Below are positions 22,551 to 33,304 of a stretch of 64,000 bases of DNA, piece by piece. How positions within the stretch are numbered: the first letter of the stretch is position 1; every line of letters starts with the position of its first letter. The position numbers were made by a program, and so were the translations under genes. The notes under the pieces were generated by a model. It saw nothing but the letters and a program-made list of their open reading frames with translations. It had not been told where the DNA came from and ran no database searches. The stretch is from Nitrosopumilus sp. (GTDB taxonomy: Archaea; Thermoproteota; Nitrososphaeria; Nitrososphaerales; Nitrosopumilaceae): NCBI GenBank assembly GCA_965223425.1, contig OZ245003.1:1536001-1600000 (forward strand), in the 5' to 3' direction.

Positions 22551-23546
22551 ATGATGGCAGCAGATGAAGGCGCAACAGTACTTGAAACAAAAGATGATGA
22601 GCCAAAAATTCCAGACAAGGCAAAGACAAAATTTGATGTGATAGTTATTGGGGCAGGCCCTTCAGGATATACCGCAGGAATTTACTGCTCAAGGGCCGGA
22701 TATGATACCTTGATCTTATCAGGCATACTGCCAGGAGGGCAGCTAGTCAACACTACTGAAGTTGAGAATTATCCTGGATTTGAAAATGGGATCATGGGTC
22801 CGGATTTAATGATTGATATGAGAAAGCAATGTCAGCGAATGGGAACCACCATTATTGACGATGAAGCAGCTGATGTGGATTTTAGACGAAAATCCCTCAA
22901 AGTTTTAACAGCATCTGAAGAATACGAAGGACGGGCAGTGATTATTGCAACAGGGGCAAATCCTAGAAAGCTGGGATTGGAAGGCGAGCAAACGTTTGGA
23001 GGCAAAGGAGTCTCATATTGTGCAACATGTGATGGGCCATTCTTTAGAAATCAAGAACTGATAGTTGCAGGAGGAGGAGACTCTGCAATAGAAGAGGCAA
23101 CATTTCTGACAAAGTTTGCAACAACAGTTCATTTAGTTCACAGAAGAAGTGAATTGCGTGCAAGTAAAGTAATGCAAGAAAGGGCATTCAACAATGAAAA
23201 GATAAAATTTCATTGGGATTCTGCCGTAGTGGACATTAAAGGAGACCAAAAAATGCAGCAAGCAGTTCTAAAAAATTTGAAAACAAATGAAGAAACCACG
23301 CTTGATGTCGGGGGTCTTTTTGTTGCAATTGGACATGAGCCTAATACAAAATTATTCAAAGATCAAATTGAGTTAGATGATCAAGGATACATCATTCTAA
23401 AGGATAAGACACAAACAAACGTAGAAGGAGTTTTTGCTGCTGGAGATGTACATGATAGAAGTTATAGGCAAGCAGTAACTGCTGCAGGATATGGCTGCAT
23501 GGCTGCAATTGATGTAGACAAATATCTTACAGAAAGTGCAGCATGA
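22551..23546 (+). CDS. trxB: Thioredoxin-disulfide reductase
   Basis: IGAGPSG, CATCDG, GGGDSA, FAAGDV, QAVTAAG. Confidence 0.95.
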   Translation: MMAADEGATVLETKDDEPKIPDKAKTKFDVIVIGAGPSGYTAGIYCSRAGYDTLILSGILPGGQLVNTTEVENYPGFENGIMGPDLMIDMRKQCQRMGTTIIDDEAADVDFRRKSLKVLTASEEYEGRAVIIATGANPRKLGLEGEQTFGGKGVSYCATCDGPFFRNQELIVAGGGDSAIEEATFLTKFATTVHLVHRRSELRASKVMQERAFNNEKIKFHWDSAVVDIKGDQKMQQAVLKNLKTNEETTLDVGGLFVAIGHEPNTKLFKDQIELDDQGYIILKDKTQTNVEGVFAAGDVHDRSYRQAVTAAGYGCMAAIDVDKYLTESAA

Positions 23547-24054
23547 GACCACCTCTCGCCAGAACAGGCAACATTCCACAGCTTGGGAAGATATGCAGGC
23601 CAAAGAAAGTCACGAGCAGGGCAGGCATCAGAAAAATTCAGGATGTGGGTATGATAAAAAACCTACGGGTGTGATACGCATGAAAAAACAGACGCACAAA
23701 AGCAATTCAAAAAGATCCCATCATCAGATATGTCGTATAATGACCAAGAGTTACGTCAATTCTTCCTATGCGGATCATATGTTATCGCATCCTTTCTGAT
23801 CATTGCATGATACAGCAGAAGGCTCCCGTTCACCATATATCATCATTTTTGCGGCATTTTGTTTTTTATTCACCTGAGTCAGTCTGTGAAATGCCCTTGT
23901 ACATGGCAGCAATCCTTTGACTCAGGCCCACAGTAAGAAACATCACAAGATAAAACATCACAAGATGCAGAAAAGACTGTATAACGTCTGTAAAGCTGTC
24001 GTTGCCTAAACCGGAAATATGGATCTTTAATTGTGAGCCTAAACATAGAAGCTT

Positions 24055-24534
24055 ATGAGTCAGGATAAAGAAAATCTAAAGAAATTGGCCAAAGAATACA
24101 GTGACAAATTGGCAAAACTAGGAATGGAATTAGATGAAATTCAGTTTAGCTACAAGGTAGAAGAAAAACCGTCCAAAGAATATTGGGAGAAAAGAATCAG
24201 GGATTTTAAGAAATACAGTGAAAAAGGTATGGAATATTATAATCAAGTATATTCATTAATGAAATTAGTTAGTAATGAAGAATCACAGATGTTTCTATTA
24301 CATACAAGTAAATGTCATCAACTTGGAGCAACGTTAATCGAAGTTATGGAGAAAATAAAAGAAACTCCATCAATTAGTGATTCAAGGGACAAGCAACAAA
24401 GTCAATGGAGTAAGGAGATAAAAAGTCAGATCACAGAGCAGAGTAACAAATGCTTACATCACGAAATATACATGAATACATCATTTAGAGGATTTTATGA
24501 GAAACGTCTAAAGAAAATTTTAGAGCAAGTATGA
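24055..24534 (+). CDS. Hypothetical helical protein
   Basis: 159-aa ORF with host-like codon style. Confidence 0.7.
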   Translation: MSQDKENLKKLAKEYSDKLAKLGMELDEIQFSYKVEEKPSKEYWEKRIRDFKKYSEKGMEYYNQVYSLMKLVSNEESQMFLLHTSKCHQLGATLIEVMEKIKETPSISDSRDKQQSQWSKEIKSQITEQSNKCLHHEIYMNTSFRGFYEKRLKKILEQV

Positions 24535-25530
24535 TCAGTATGCCAATTCAGACATGTGTTTTGCATCTCTGACAGAACTGTCAAACTCTTCTTCAGTCAT
24601 GATGTTCTGAGTCGCATAAACACTCTTGAATTTTCGTCCATCATCAGCAAAAATTCCCACAACACATGCATCTTCTTTGATAGGATATTTTTTCATACAT
24701 GCATAAACTGCAGCAGATGAAGGACTGATTAAAAGTCTGTCTTTTTTGAATACTTCTTTTACGAATGAAAACGCCTCATCATTGTCTACTGAAACCCAAT
24801 CATCTACAACATTTTCTCTTTTCAAAAATAAATCCGGTTTTGCAGATTCTTCAAAATTTCTCCATCCTTGAATTAAGTGGTTTTGCTGTGGCTGACACCC
24901 AATTATCCGTACATCAGGATTCTTTTCCTTTAGAAATGCACCAATGCCAGTAATCGTTCCACCAGTACCCACACCTGTAAAGAAATGAGTCACTCTACCG
25001 TCAGTTTGCCTCCAAATTTCGGGTCCGGTTCCAACATAGTGGCCCCTGAAATTTGCTTCATTGGCATATTGATTTGGGGAATAATACGTGTCAGGCCTTG
25101 ATGATGCAATCGATGTTGCAAGCGCAATGCTTTGATCAGTTCCAGCGCCAACTTTTGGACACAAGTCATCGCTTGTCTCAAATATCTTGGCACCAAGATT
25201 TCGAATAATATCTTTTGTTTCATTACTAGCTTTTTCTGGAATAACTATCTCAACTTTGTAACCTAAAAGATTGGCAATGCCAGTCAATGCAATTCCAGTA
25301 TTTCCAGAAGTTGGTTCGATGATGATGCTTTTTCCTTTTGTTAGAATTCCTTTTTCCTCACCGTTTTTTATCATCCAATATGCCGCTCTATCTTTTACAG
25401 AACCAAACGGATTATGGCCCTCTAATTTTGCAAAATATTCTACGTTACTGTGAGAAAGAGAATCCAATTTTACGATAGGCGTGTTACCTACACGATTCAA
25501 TACGTCCGTATCAGCAACAGTAGTGGTCAT
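24535..25530 (-). CDS. cysK: PLP-dependent cysteine synthase family protein
   Basis: NPFGSVKDR, PTSGNTG, GVGTGGT. Confidence 0.88.
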   Translation of the reverse strand: MTTTVADTDVLNRVGNTPIVKLDSLSHSNVEYFAKLEGHNPFGSVKDRAAYWMIKNGEEKGILTKGKSIIIEPTSGNTGIALTGIANLLGYKVEIVIPEKASNETKDIIRNLGAKIFETSDDLCPKVGAGTDQSIALATSIASSRPDTYYSPNQYANEANFRGHYVGTGPEIWRQTDGRVTHFFTGVGTGGTITGIGAFLKEKNPDVRIIGCQPQQNHLIQGWRNFEESAKPDLFLKRENVVDDWVSVDNDEAFSFVKEVFKKDRLLISPSSAAVYACMKKYPIKEDACVVGIFADDGRKFKSVYATQNIMTEEEFDSSVRDAKHMSELAY

Positions 25531-25537
25531 GTTTTGG

Positions 25538-25768
25538 CTATTTCACCTTTTTAATTTGAAATGCAATTACGTTTCCATCTTTGGACATGCCTAATAACTC
25601 ATGACCATTTCTTGTAACCCATCTAGAGATATCATCTTCAGCAGCTGGATCATCTGCAAGCACAGTAATAGTTTCACCTGCTTGCATTCGCTCGATTTCA
25701 ATTTTTGTTCTAAACACAGGTTCAGGACAAAATAATCCAGTCGCATCTAATTTTTTTTCTTCAGACAT
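25538..25768 (-). CDS. tusA: Sulfur carrier TusA/SirA family
   Basis: LDATGLFCPEPV, DDPAAEDDI. Confidence 0.88.
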   Translation of the reverse strand: MSEEKKLDATGLFCPEPVFRTKIEIERMQAGETITVLADDPAAEDDISRWVTRNGHELLGMSKDGNVIAFQIKKVK

Positions 25769-25832
25769 TGATATCCAGTTCATCAAAGGCGTTTTGTCAT
25801 ATTAAAATCTATTTCAATTTAGCTTGTCCTAC

Positions 25833-26747
25833 TTACAATGCCATCTTGAATATCGTGCCAAGGTTTCGATCTTTCATAAAGATTGGATCTTTATTTTGGA
25901 AATTAATTTTTTGAGAAATTCGTTTCAAAAAATAAATTGCAATTTTGTAAGACAGTGGCCATAACGAGCTATTTTGATTTGAATTATAAATTTTTAGCAA
26001 TAATTTAAAGAGCCATTTTGTGTTTGGATAATGTTCAGAAACATAATCCATTATGTAGTCCTTTGAAGTGTTAATTTTGTACTTTAGATGATGGATTATT
26101 TCATTTTCTAATGCATAGCCTGTTTGAGAGATTCGAATTTTGCCACGTTTCATTGCATGTAAAACATCATCTAGGTTATTTTCTGAATCAATTACATTAA
26201 CACATCTGCCAAGAGTAGACAGTACATGGGAATCACTGCCAGATGCCTGGATCATGTTGTTATCTAATGCAAATTGAGTTGCACATGCGTTTGATAGCAA
26301 ATCAACATTATTGCTATTGAAAACTTCAACCATATCACATTTTTTAGAATTTTCGCGTAATGCATCAACTATACTGAACGGATGAGGCGCAGATGATATC
26401 CCATCTTGTTTTCTTATTTCATCGATTACCTCATCAATGGAGAGCCCAGGGCTGATTTTTTCATGAATTCCATATGCCAAGACATGGGCCCCACTATCAG
26501 TTGTGATCTCTTCGGCGGGAAGAACATCAATGTTTTTGAATTTATTATGATCATTTCTGTATTCTAATAACTGATTGTATCCATTCAGAGTGTTATGGTT
26601 TGTAACAAAAATTGCATCTAAACCTAATTCATATGATTGCTCTAATTGTTCCCTAATGGAAACATCGCAATCATAAGGCGGTTCTTTTTTGCCGAGATGA
26701 AAATTTGAAAAAGAGTTATGGCAATGTAGCTCAGTCTTTATGGACAT
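25833..26747 (-). CDS. PHP-domain phosphoesterase
   Basis: ELHCH, TNHN, HPF, GSDSH. Confidence 0.88.
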   Translation of the reverse strand: MSIKTELHCHNSFSNFHLGKKEPPYDCDVSIREQLEQSYELGLDAIFVTNHNTLNGYNQLLEYRNDHNKFKNIDVLPAEEITTDSGAHVLAYGIHEKISPGLSIDEVIDEIRKQDGISSAPHPFSIVDALRENSKKCDMVEVFNSNNVDLLSNACATQFALDNNMIQASGSDSHVLSTLGRCVNVIDSENNLDDVLHAMKRGKIRISQTGYALENEIIHHLKYKINTSKDYIMDYVSEHYPNTKWLFKLLLKIYNSNQNSSLWPLSYKIAIYFLKRISQKINFQNKDPIFMKDRNLGTIFKMAL

Positions 26748-26802
26748 TTTTCATAATAAATGAGTCTCTTTAGATTATAATCCTATTGAAAAAATCATAT
26801 AA

Positions 26803-27537
26803 TTATTTAAAAAGATCTTCGCCCTCAGGACGAATCAATTCAGCGATAACATGATCTTTCATCTCAAATGAATAGCCGCGAATTATTGCCACAGGACATT
26901 TCAAAGCTTTTCCCATCACTAATTCAGCTGCAGATGAGAGTTCATCAGCAATTGCAATTTCAGTTACGCGTAAAATTTTTTTAAAAGAATCCAATGTTCC
27001 AGCATAGTCCAAGATAGGATTCAGTCCGGATATTCCTATTGCACAGTTAGTTTGTCCTATTCTGAAAGGACGTCCAAAAGTGTCAGATATTATTACAGCC
27101 ACGTCTTTGTTGATTTTTTCCTTTATTGTATTACGTATTGTTTGAGCAGAAATATCTGAGTTAATTGGAAGTAATGTGGCATGTTCATCTTTTACATTAC
27201 TTTCATCAACTCCTGCATTTGCACAGATAAAACCATTATTAGTTTCGGCAATGATAATTCCATTTTCCATTCGTACAATTCTTTTTGTTTCGGACATTAT
27301 CAGTTCTACAACTCTGGGATCCTTTTGATATTGAGATGCAATCCCTTCAGATAGCAATGATGGCTCAACAGTGGATAAATCAACAATGCGCCCTTCTTGT
27401 TTTGAGACAATCTTTTGTGCAACAACAAGAATATCGCCATCATTTATTTCAGAAGAGGATAGTATTAATTCAGACAAATCATCAGAAGATTCAATTTCTT
27501 TGTCAATATAAAGTGGGATAATTTGCAAGTGATTCAT
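26803..27537 (-). CDS. cofE: Coenzyme F420-0:L-glutamate ligase
   Basis: KIVSKQEG, ANAGVDESN, DTFGRPFRIG, IADEL. Confidence 0.92.
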   Translation of the reverse strand: MNHLQIIPLYIDKEIESSDDLSELILSSSEINDGDILVVAQKIVSKQEGRIVDLSTVEPSLLSEGIASQYQKDPRVVELIMSETKRIVRMENGIIIAETNNGFICANAGVDESNVKDEHATLLPINSDISAQTIRNTIKEKINKDVAVIISDTFGRPFRIGQTNCAIGISGLNPILDYAGTLDSFKKILRVTEIAIADELSSAAELVMGKALKCPVAIIRGYSFEMKDHVIAELIRPEGEDLFK

Positions 27538-27562
27538 CTAAAGCAATGGAGTAAAAAATTGT

Positions 27563-28234
27563 TTATGCAGTAGCAGTAGTAGTTTCTAATTCTAATTTGT
27601 AGTGTTTGTTAATTATGTCTAAAATTTTTGAAAGATCTTTTTCTTCTAAAATCGAAGTGGCCAAATCCTTAACCAAATCTTGTGCCCTATAAGCAATTCC
27701 TAAACCGCATATATCAAATAGTTTTACATCATTTGCGCCATCAACAACACAGACAATGTCTTCTTTTTTCTCGCCCCACTCTGCAATCTTTATTTTTGCA
27801 GACTTTGACTTGTCAGAATCAATATTAATTATTACATCATCAAGCTTTCCGTCTTTGAACAACAGTTCATTAGAATATACATAATCCAAACCCAATTCTT
27901 GTTTTAATCTGTCCATCATTAGTGTAAACCCACCAGATACTGCCATAAGCTTCCACCCAGCAGCTTTGAGTATTCTACAGGCTTCTTTTGCACCAGTCAT
28001 AATTGGTAATGCATTTGCAACATCTTGACAAGTTTTTTCATCAAGTCCTTTTAAAGCAGCAACACGAGTTTTTAATCCATCTTCCCAGTTGATTTTTCCC
28101 TGAATTCCTTGTTTTGTGATTTCCCAAATTTCATCTTCTTTGTTGAGTTTTTCGGCAAGAATCGGAAGGTATTCTTCATCATACAAAACACCTTCAACAT
28201 CGAAAATTACTAACAATTGTTTTCTGATTTGCAA
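27563..28234 (-). CDS. serB: Phosphoserine phosphatase (HAD)
   Basis: FDVEGVL, VSGGF, DGAND. Confidence 0.85.
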   Translation of the reverse strand: MQIRKQLLVIFDVEGVLYDEEYLPILAEKLNKEDEIWEITKQGIQGKINWEDGLKTRVAALKGLDEKTCQDVANALPIMTGAKEACRILKAAGWKLMAVSGGFTLMMDRLKQELGLDYVYSNELLFKDGKLDDVIINIDSDKSKSAKIKIAEWGEKKEDIVCVVDGANDVKLFDICGLGIAYRAQDLVKDLATSILEEKDLSKILDIINKHYKLELETTTATA

Positions 28235-28506
28235 AAAAATTACTAATTATATTAAAGTAGTGACTGCTTTTGCGAACTTGATTTCACGAGTAGGAAATTC
28301 ACAGACAGACGCCAAGTTTTGTGAAAAAATCACATTTTACAATAGAACCGGATCAGGATTCACAATATTAGAAACGTGTTTTGAAAGAAATCAGATCTTA
28401 TCATATTTCATATGATTGTAGCGTGTTTTGTACTATCTTGTAGTACGGTAATTGACCTTGATTTTTGTTAATTTTTTCATCATATAGTAGATGCAACGAC
28501 AGGAAT

Positions 28507-28692
28507 ATGGTTTGGGGAACAGCGAATCAAGAAAACTACGTTACAGGAGATGCAGTGTCAGCACCAGCTGCACAACAAGGATCATTTTCCTCACCGTCAG
28601 GTTTTGGTGCAGGTTTGAATGAAGGGAAACGGCATGAAGAACCATTTGCAGAACTGGCCGCAGAGGCAACAGCTAAGCAAAATATGCTCTAA
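28507..28692 (+). CDS. Small hypothetical protein
   Basis: ATG at 28507: MVWGTANQENYVTG... Confidence 0.5.
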   Translation: MVWGTANQENYVTGDAVSAPAAQQGSFSSPSGFGAGLNEGKRHEEPFAELAAEATAKQNML

Positions 28693-28699
28693 TTCAGGC

Positions 28700-29360
28700 C
28701 AAATCGACTACAAAATGCAAACAGATCAATGAGGGTACGACCCCATGATTTTTGTTGTTGAGACAAAAAACCAGACAGAGCCGCGAACTGCTAAGCAATC
28801 CACGCATATGTGAAGATGTTGCAGACGGCGCCAAAAACATGCTTGCATGTGCCAACACATCAGACAGGTACAACGCAACGTTTGGAACCGATGATCTGAA
28901 CTGCGGCATGCTAAAGGATGCCACCATGATTCTTCTGTAGCAGATGCGCAAAGGCGCAAAGACACAAACGCTGCAACACCCCGTCTGGCAGGTGGATTGC
29001 ATCGGCAATCAAGGGATGAGCAGGATGCAATCCAGCACACGCTTGAAGGCCAGATAGCAAGGCATCTTGAAACCCTCAAAAGATGGGGCAGGGTTCCAAA
29101 AAAAGGACTGGACATAGCAATTGACATGCAGACATCCTGCTAGTCTTACAAAGAGAGTCTTTGTGTTCCAAAAAAAGGACTGGACATAGCAATTGACATG
29201 CGCCTCATACTGCGCTATGACAGGGTACTAGGCAAGGAGATGACACGTTCCAAATACAAGAACGGAGCCAAATACTTGGCGTTACATGAGTCCAGTGCGT
29301 AAATGACAAGATGTGTATCGTTCTTGCCGCCACATCATACCTGAAGATGCTTGAATCCTG
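28700..29360 (+). pseudogene. Degraded ISH3/IS4-like DDE transposase
   Basis: Frameshifted pieces ...RHLETLKRWGRVPKKGLDIAIDM(R)LILRYDRVLGKEMTRSKYKNG; AID+RY resembles the first-Asp region of ISH3-type transposases; GC-richer than its flanks. Confidence 0.65.
29093..29201 (+). repeat. ~37-bp direct duplication inside the transposase remnant
   Basis: GTTCCAAAAAAAGGACTGGACATAGCAATTGACATGC near 29093 and again near 29165. Confidence 0.85.
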
Positions 29361-29433
29361 ACGCATTCCTTTGGGACTTGTAAAATCAAAAATTAATTAA
29401 TTATTTATAAGTAAGAAATTTCTTACTATACAC

Positions 29434-29694
29434 ATGAGCAAGACTACACTAAAGACAGTTAATGTCTCAGAGAAGGGACAGATTACAATTCCTCGGGAAA
29501 TTCAAACGTTGTTGGGAATAAAAAAAGGAGATAGGCTTGTACTTGCAACAAAAAACAAAAAGCTTTTGATTCAAAAGGCTGCAAATTTGGAAAAACAGAT
29601 GGAATCTGATTTCAAGGACTTGTTAAAACTATCTGAGGAGACTGCAAAAGAAATGTGGGACAATAAAGATGACGAAATCTGGAATAAGGTTTAA
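29434..29694 (+). CDS. AbrB/MazE-family antitoxin
   Basis: VSEKGQITIPREI...LGIKKGD swapped-hairpin motif. Confidence 0.88.
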   Translation: MSKTTLKTVNVSEKGQITIPREIQTLLGIKKGDRLVLATKNKKLLIQKAANLEKQMESDFKDLLKLSEETAKEMWDNKDDEIWNKV

Positions 29695-30022
29695 GCGAGG
29701 TGAAATAATACTTGTGCCATTTCCTTTTACTGATATGTCAAAGTCAAAATTACGTCCAGTGTTAATTATCTCAAATGCATCTTATAGTAAAACATCATCA
29801 GATTTTGTTTGCTGTGGAATCACATCCAATCTAAGTAACAAAAACAATTCTGTTTTGATAAACAACACAGATGTAATTGATGGCATACTTCAAAAAAAGA
29901 GCAGAATAAAATTTTCAAATATTTTTACTCTACAAAAAGACTCTGCAATAAAGAGAATAGGTCAACTGAATTCAAAAAAGCTAGATATTGTAATTGGTTC
30001 AATTATGACTACGATCTCATAA
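29669..30022 (+). CDS. PemK/MazF-family toxin (type II TA)
   Basis: RGEIILVPFPFTD...KLRPVLIISN...ITSN; overlaps the antitoxin. Confidence 0.88.
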   Translation: MTKSGIRFKRGEIILVPFPFTDMSKSKLRPVLIISNASYSKTSSDFVCCGITSNLSNKNNSVLINNTDVIDGILQKKSRIKFSNIFTLQKDSAIKRIGQLNSKKLDIVIGSIMTTIS

Positions 30023-30041
30023 AAAAACTAACTCTCAAGAT

Positions 30042-30057
30042 CAGCTAAGCGAAATGA
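30042..30057 (+). mobile_element. Solo end of MITE/IS family A
   Basis: CAGCTAAGCGAAATG matches the terminal repeat at 9835 and 37944; no partner end seen. Confidence 0.65.
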
Positions 30058-30076
30058 ACACAGTTCCAAAATTAAC

Positions 30077-31060
30077 CTAGTTTTTTCTTTTAACTTCAAA
30101 AACTGTATAGCCATATTTCTGATTCATTTTATTATCAGATAATTGCTTAAACTCATATTCATGAAAATTCTTTAAAATTTGATACATATTATCACCGATT
30201 ACGAGGCTATTTTCTGGGCAAAGAGAATTAATTTTGAAACATTGATTAACAGTAGGTCCGAAAATATCACTAATATTTGAAGTAGTACTTTGAGCCACTT
30301 TTACAGAGCCGTATGTTACACTAACTTTATAATTTAATCCAGGCATATTTTCTGCTTTTAATTGTTCTTTGAGAACATCATGAGATTCAATCATGGATAT
30401 GCAACATTCTAAAATGTTTTTCATCAGTACAATATCGTTAGAATCAACATTTGAAAATCTAAACATTAGTGCATCACCAATATTTTTCACTACTTCACCA
30501 TTGTGTTCACGGACAATTTTTGCCATAAAGTTTAGAAAAATTTCATATAATTTTGTAACATCATCATCATCAGACAATTCAGCTGAAATAGCAGTCGAAT
30601 CCTTCATATCAATTACGCCTACACAATCGTTTTCAGTGTGCTGAGAAAATTTTAACAAAATCTCTTCTTGTTGTTGAATGACTTCTTCTTTTTGCTTAAT
30701 TGTAATTTGTGCCTCTTGTAGTTCTTTTGCCATAGAGTCAAAAGACGATGAAAGTTGGCCAATCTCATCACGTGATTTTATATTAGTTCTAACACTAAAA
30801 TCGCCTTTGGCAATTTTGTCAGCCGCATCACTTAGTTTTGTTATAGGGCCAGAAAGACGTTTTGAAAGAAAATATGTCAGAACACTTAATCCAACCATTA
30901 AAATCATACCAAGTATCACAATATTTTCTTCTAATTCAAAAAATGAGATTTTATCAAAATTTAGAAACAAAATTGTGGTAATCGATATTGAAATTACAGT
31001 TGCAGATAAAACCAATACCAGCAATTTTTTCTGAAGACTGAAAAAAATGGAATTAGACAT
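30077..31060 (-). CDS. Membrane HAMP-domain adenylate/guanylate cyclase
   Basis: Two TM helices, HAMP (DEIGQL), class III cyclase motifs IDMKDST, KNIGDA, DIFGPTVN; start probably ATG 31060. Confidence 0.85.
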   Translation of the reverse strand: MSNSIFFSLQKKLLVLVLSATVISISITTILFLNFDKISFFELEENIVILGMILMVGLSVLTYFLSKRLSGPITKLSDAADKIAKGDFSVRTNIKSRDEIGQLSSSFDSMAKELQEAQITIKQKEEVIQQQEEILLKFSQHTENDCVGVIDMKDSTAISAELSDDDDVTKLYEIFLNFMAKIVREHNGEVVKNIGDALMFRFSNVDSNDIVLMKNILECCISMIESHDVLKEQLKAENMPGLNYKVSVTYGSVKVAQSTTSNISDIFGPTVNQCFKINSLCPENSLVIGDNMYQILKNFHEYEFKQLSDNKMNQKYGYTVFEVKRKN

Positions 31061-31414
31061 GTTTGTTATTGTAGATACTTTTTGTTTATATTCTAAAGGT
31101 AACTGATCGGGTTCATGAAGTTCAGGCACGGATGGCCTCTGTGAGCCGGCAGTTACATGGGATCAGGCTGAAATATCGACTAATTCACCGTCGCAAGGTC
31201 GGAGATGGTGGGCGTTGTCAAGAAGCTGGGCGTTGCCGATGTCAGTTCGGCGTTGCCGTCTGAGTCCATCAGGGACACCTTGACGGTGTATAGTCGCCCG
31301 TCGGGCAGTCAGTCAAATGGGCCCGGTGCGGACCTTAGAGTCATCATCAAGATTGTTTATCACAGTAACATATCACGTATTCATTTTTTAATAGTCACAA
31401 AATAGCAAAAACAG

Positions 31415-33187
31415 ATGACAGAATATCAGCTTGGCAAATGGGATCTATCAGAATTGGCAAAAAATCCAAAGAGTCCTGCATTTCAAAAACAAATTAGAGA
31501 GTTAGAAAAACAGGCTAAAAAATTTGAAAAAATAAAATTAGAATTAAACTCCAAAATGGCTTCCAAGAAATTCATGGATATTCTAAAAAAAGTTGAAAAA
31601 ATTTCTGAGAAGATGAGCAAAATTGGGGGATATGCATCATTATCATACTCTTCAGATACTCAATCAGATGAAGCAACATCACTTATGTCAAGAATGTCAA
31701 AATTAAATTCTGAAATTTCTAACAAGATATTATTTTTTGATTTATGGTGGAAAACACAAGTTGATGAGAAAAATGCAAAAAGACTCATGAAAGATGCAGG
31801 GGAGTTAAAAGAATATTTGGCGTACAAAAGATTGTTTGCAAAATATGCTCTTAGTGAACCCGAAGAGAGAATCATCAACACATTAGATGTCACAGGCATA
31901 TCGGCACTTGTGAAACTTTATGACAAAATAACAAATGCTTACGAATACAAAATGAAGGTAGGCAGTAAAACCAAAGCGATGACAAGGGAAGAGCTAACAA
32001 ATTATGTGCGAAGTACAAACCAAAAGACTCGTGAAACCGCTTACAAGACAATTCTTACAAAATATACTGAAAATAAAGGGGTGATAGGAGAAATTTATCA
32101 AAATATTGTTCGCAATTGGAGAGATGAGGGGATTGAAATCCGAGGTTACAAATCCCCAATATCAATGAGAAACATTGGAAACAATGTGGATGACAAAACT
32201 ATAGAATCGCTCCTTTCAGTTTGTCAAAAAAATTCTTCTGTCTTTCAAAAATTCTTTATTCAAAAAGCAAAGATGTTAAAAATGAAAAAACTAAGAAGAT
32301 ATGACATTTACGCTCCAGCAGCTGCAAACATCAAAGAAAAAAACTACACGTACTCTAAATCAGTAAAACTGGTGTTTGAGTCATTAGGGAAATTTAGTGA
32401 AACCCTAGAAGGATTTGCAAGAAAGGTATTCAATGAGAATCATATTGATTCGTCAGTAAGGCAAGGAAAGAGGGATGGTGCATTTTGCAGCACTCTTTCG
32501 CCAAAAATAACACCGTATGTGTTAGTAAATTTTACAGGTAAATCAAGAGACGTCTTTACGTTAGCTCATGAACTAGGCCATGCAGTGCATAGTCAGGCAG
32601 CACAAGATAGATCAATTCTTGTCCAAGATGCTCCACTGCCTTTAGCAGAAACAGCTTCTACTTTTTCAGAATTGTTGCTATATGATAATCTATCAGACAA
32701 GATTTCAGATGACGAAAAGAAAATTATGTTATCAGAAAAAATTGATGACTTGTATGCAACAATTCTGAGACAATCATTTTTTACAATATTTGAAGTTGAT
32801 GCACACAGGCAGATTGGAAAAGGAACTACAGTAGATGAAATCTCAAAGACTTATCTACAAAATCTGAAAGAACAGTTTGGAAATTCAGTTAGTCTTTCTG
32901 ACGATTTTGCAATAGAATGGAGTTGTATTCCTCATTTTTACCACACGCCATTTTACTGCTATGCATATTCTTTTGGAAACCTGCTTGCGTTGTCTTTATT
33001 TCAAAGATACAAAAAAGAAGGGAATGATTTTGTTCCTTCATACATCAACATCCTTGTAGCAGGGGGCTCTAAAAAACCAGAAAAGCTTCTCTCAGAATAC
33101 GGATTTGACATAAGATCTCCAAAGTTTTGGAAAGAAGGTTTTGACTATGTCAATGAACAAGTCAAAGCATTATCAGCACTAACTTGA
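31415..33187 (+). CDS. pepF: M3 family oligoendopeptidase F
   Basis: WDLSEL, GKRDGAFC, HELGH, HFYHTPFYCYAY. Confidence 0.92.
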   Translation: MTEYQLGKWDLSELAKNPKSPAFQKQIRELEKQAKKFEKIKLELNSKMASKKFMDILKKVEKISEKMSKIGGYASLSYSSDTQSDEATSLMSRMSKLNSEISNKILFFDLWWKTQVDEKNAKRLMKDAGELKEYLAYKRLFAKYALSEPEERIINTLDVTGISALVKLYDKITNAYEYKMKVGSKTKAMTREELTNYVRSTNQKTRETAYKTILTKYTENKGVIGEIYQNIVRNWRDEGIEIRGYKSPISMRNIGNNVDDKTIESLLSVCQKNSSVFQKFFIQKAKMLKMKKLRRYDIYAPAAANIKEKNYTYSKSVKLVFESLGKFSETLEGFARKVFNENHIDSSVRQGKRDGAFCSTLSPKITPYVLVNFTGKSRDVFTLAHELGHAVHSQAAQDRSILVQDAPLPLAETASTFSELLLYDNLSDKISDDEKKIMLSEKIDDLYATILRQSFFTIFEVDAHRQIGKGTTVDEISKTYLQNLKEQFGNSVSLSDDFAIEWSCIPHFYHTPFYCYAYSFGNLLALSLFQRYKKEGNDFVPSYINILVAGGSKKPEKLLSEYGFDIRSPKFWKEGFDYVNEQVKALSALT

Positions 33188-33202
33188 TCGTTTAATAATT
33201 GG

Positions 33203-33231
33203 GGCTGACAGTCCAACGCAAGGACTGCCAG
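33203..33231. terminator. GC-rich intergenic hairpin between convergent genes
   Basis: GCTGACAGTCC-AACGCAA-GGACTGCCAGC; terminator or small RNA. Confidence 0.4.
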
Positions 33232-33304
33232 CTTGTTCCCCGAACGGTTTGAATTCGATGTCATTTTTCACACACTAATAACGGAATTTAAACGTTTGAA
33301 ATTA

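Noticed and set aside
18068-25786. Sulfur/thiamine gene cluster as a novel pathway
   Set aside because: Rhodanese, sulfite reductase, Thi4, TrxB, cysteine synthase and TusA are established housekeeping functions.
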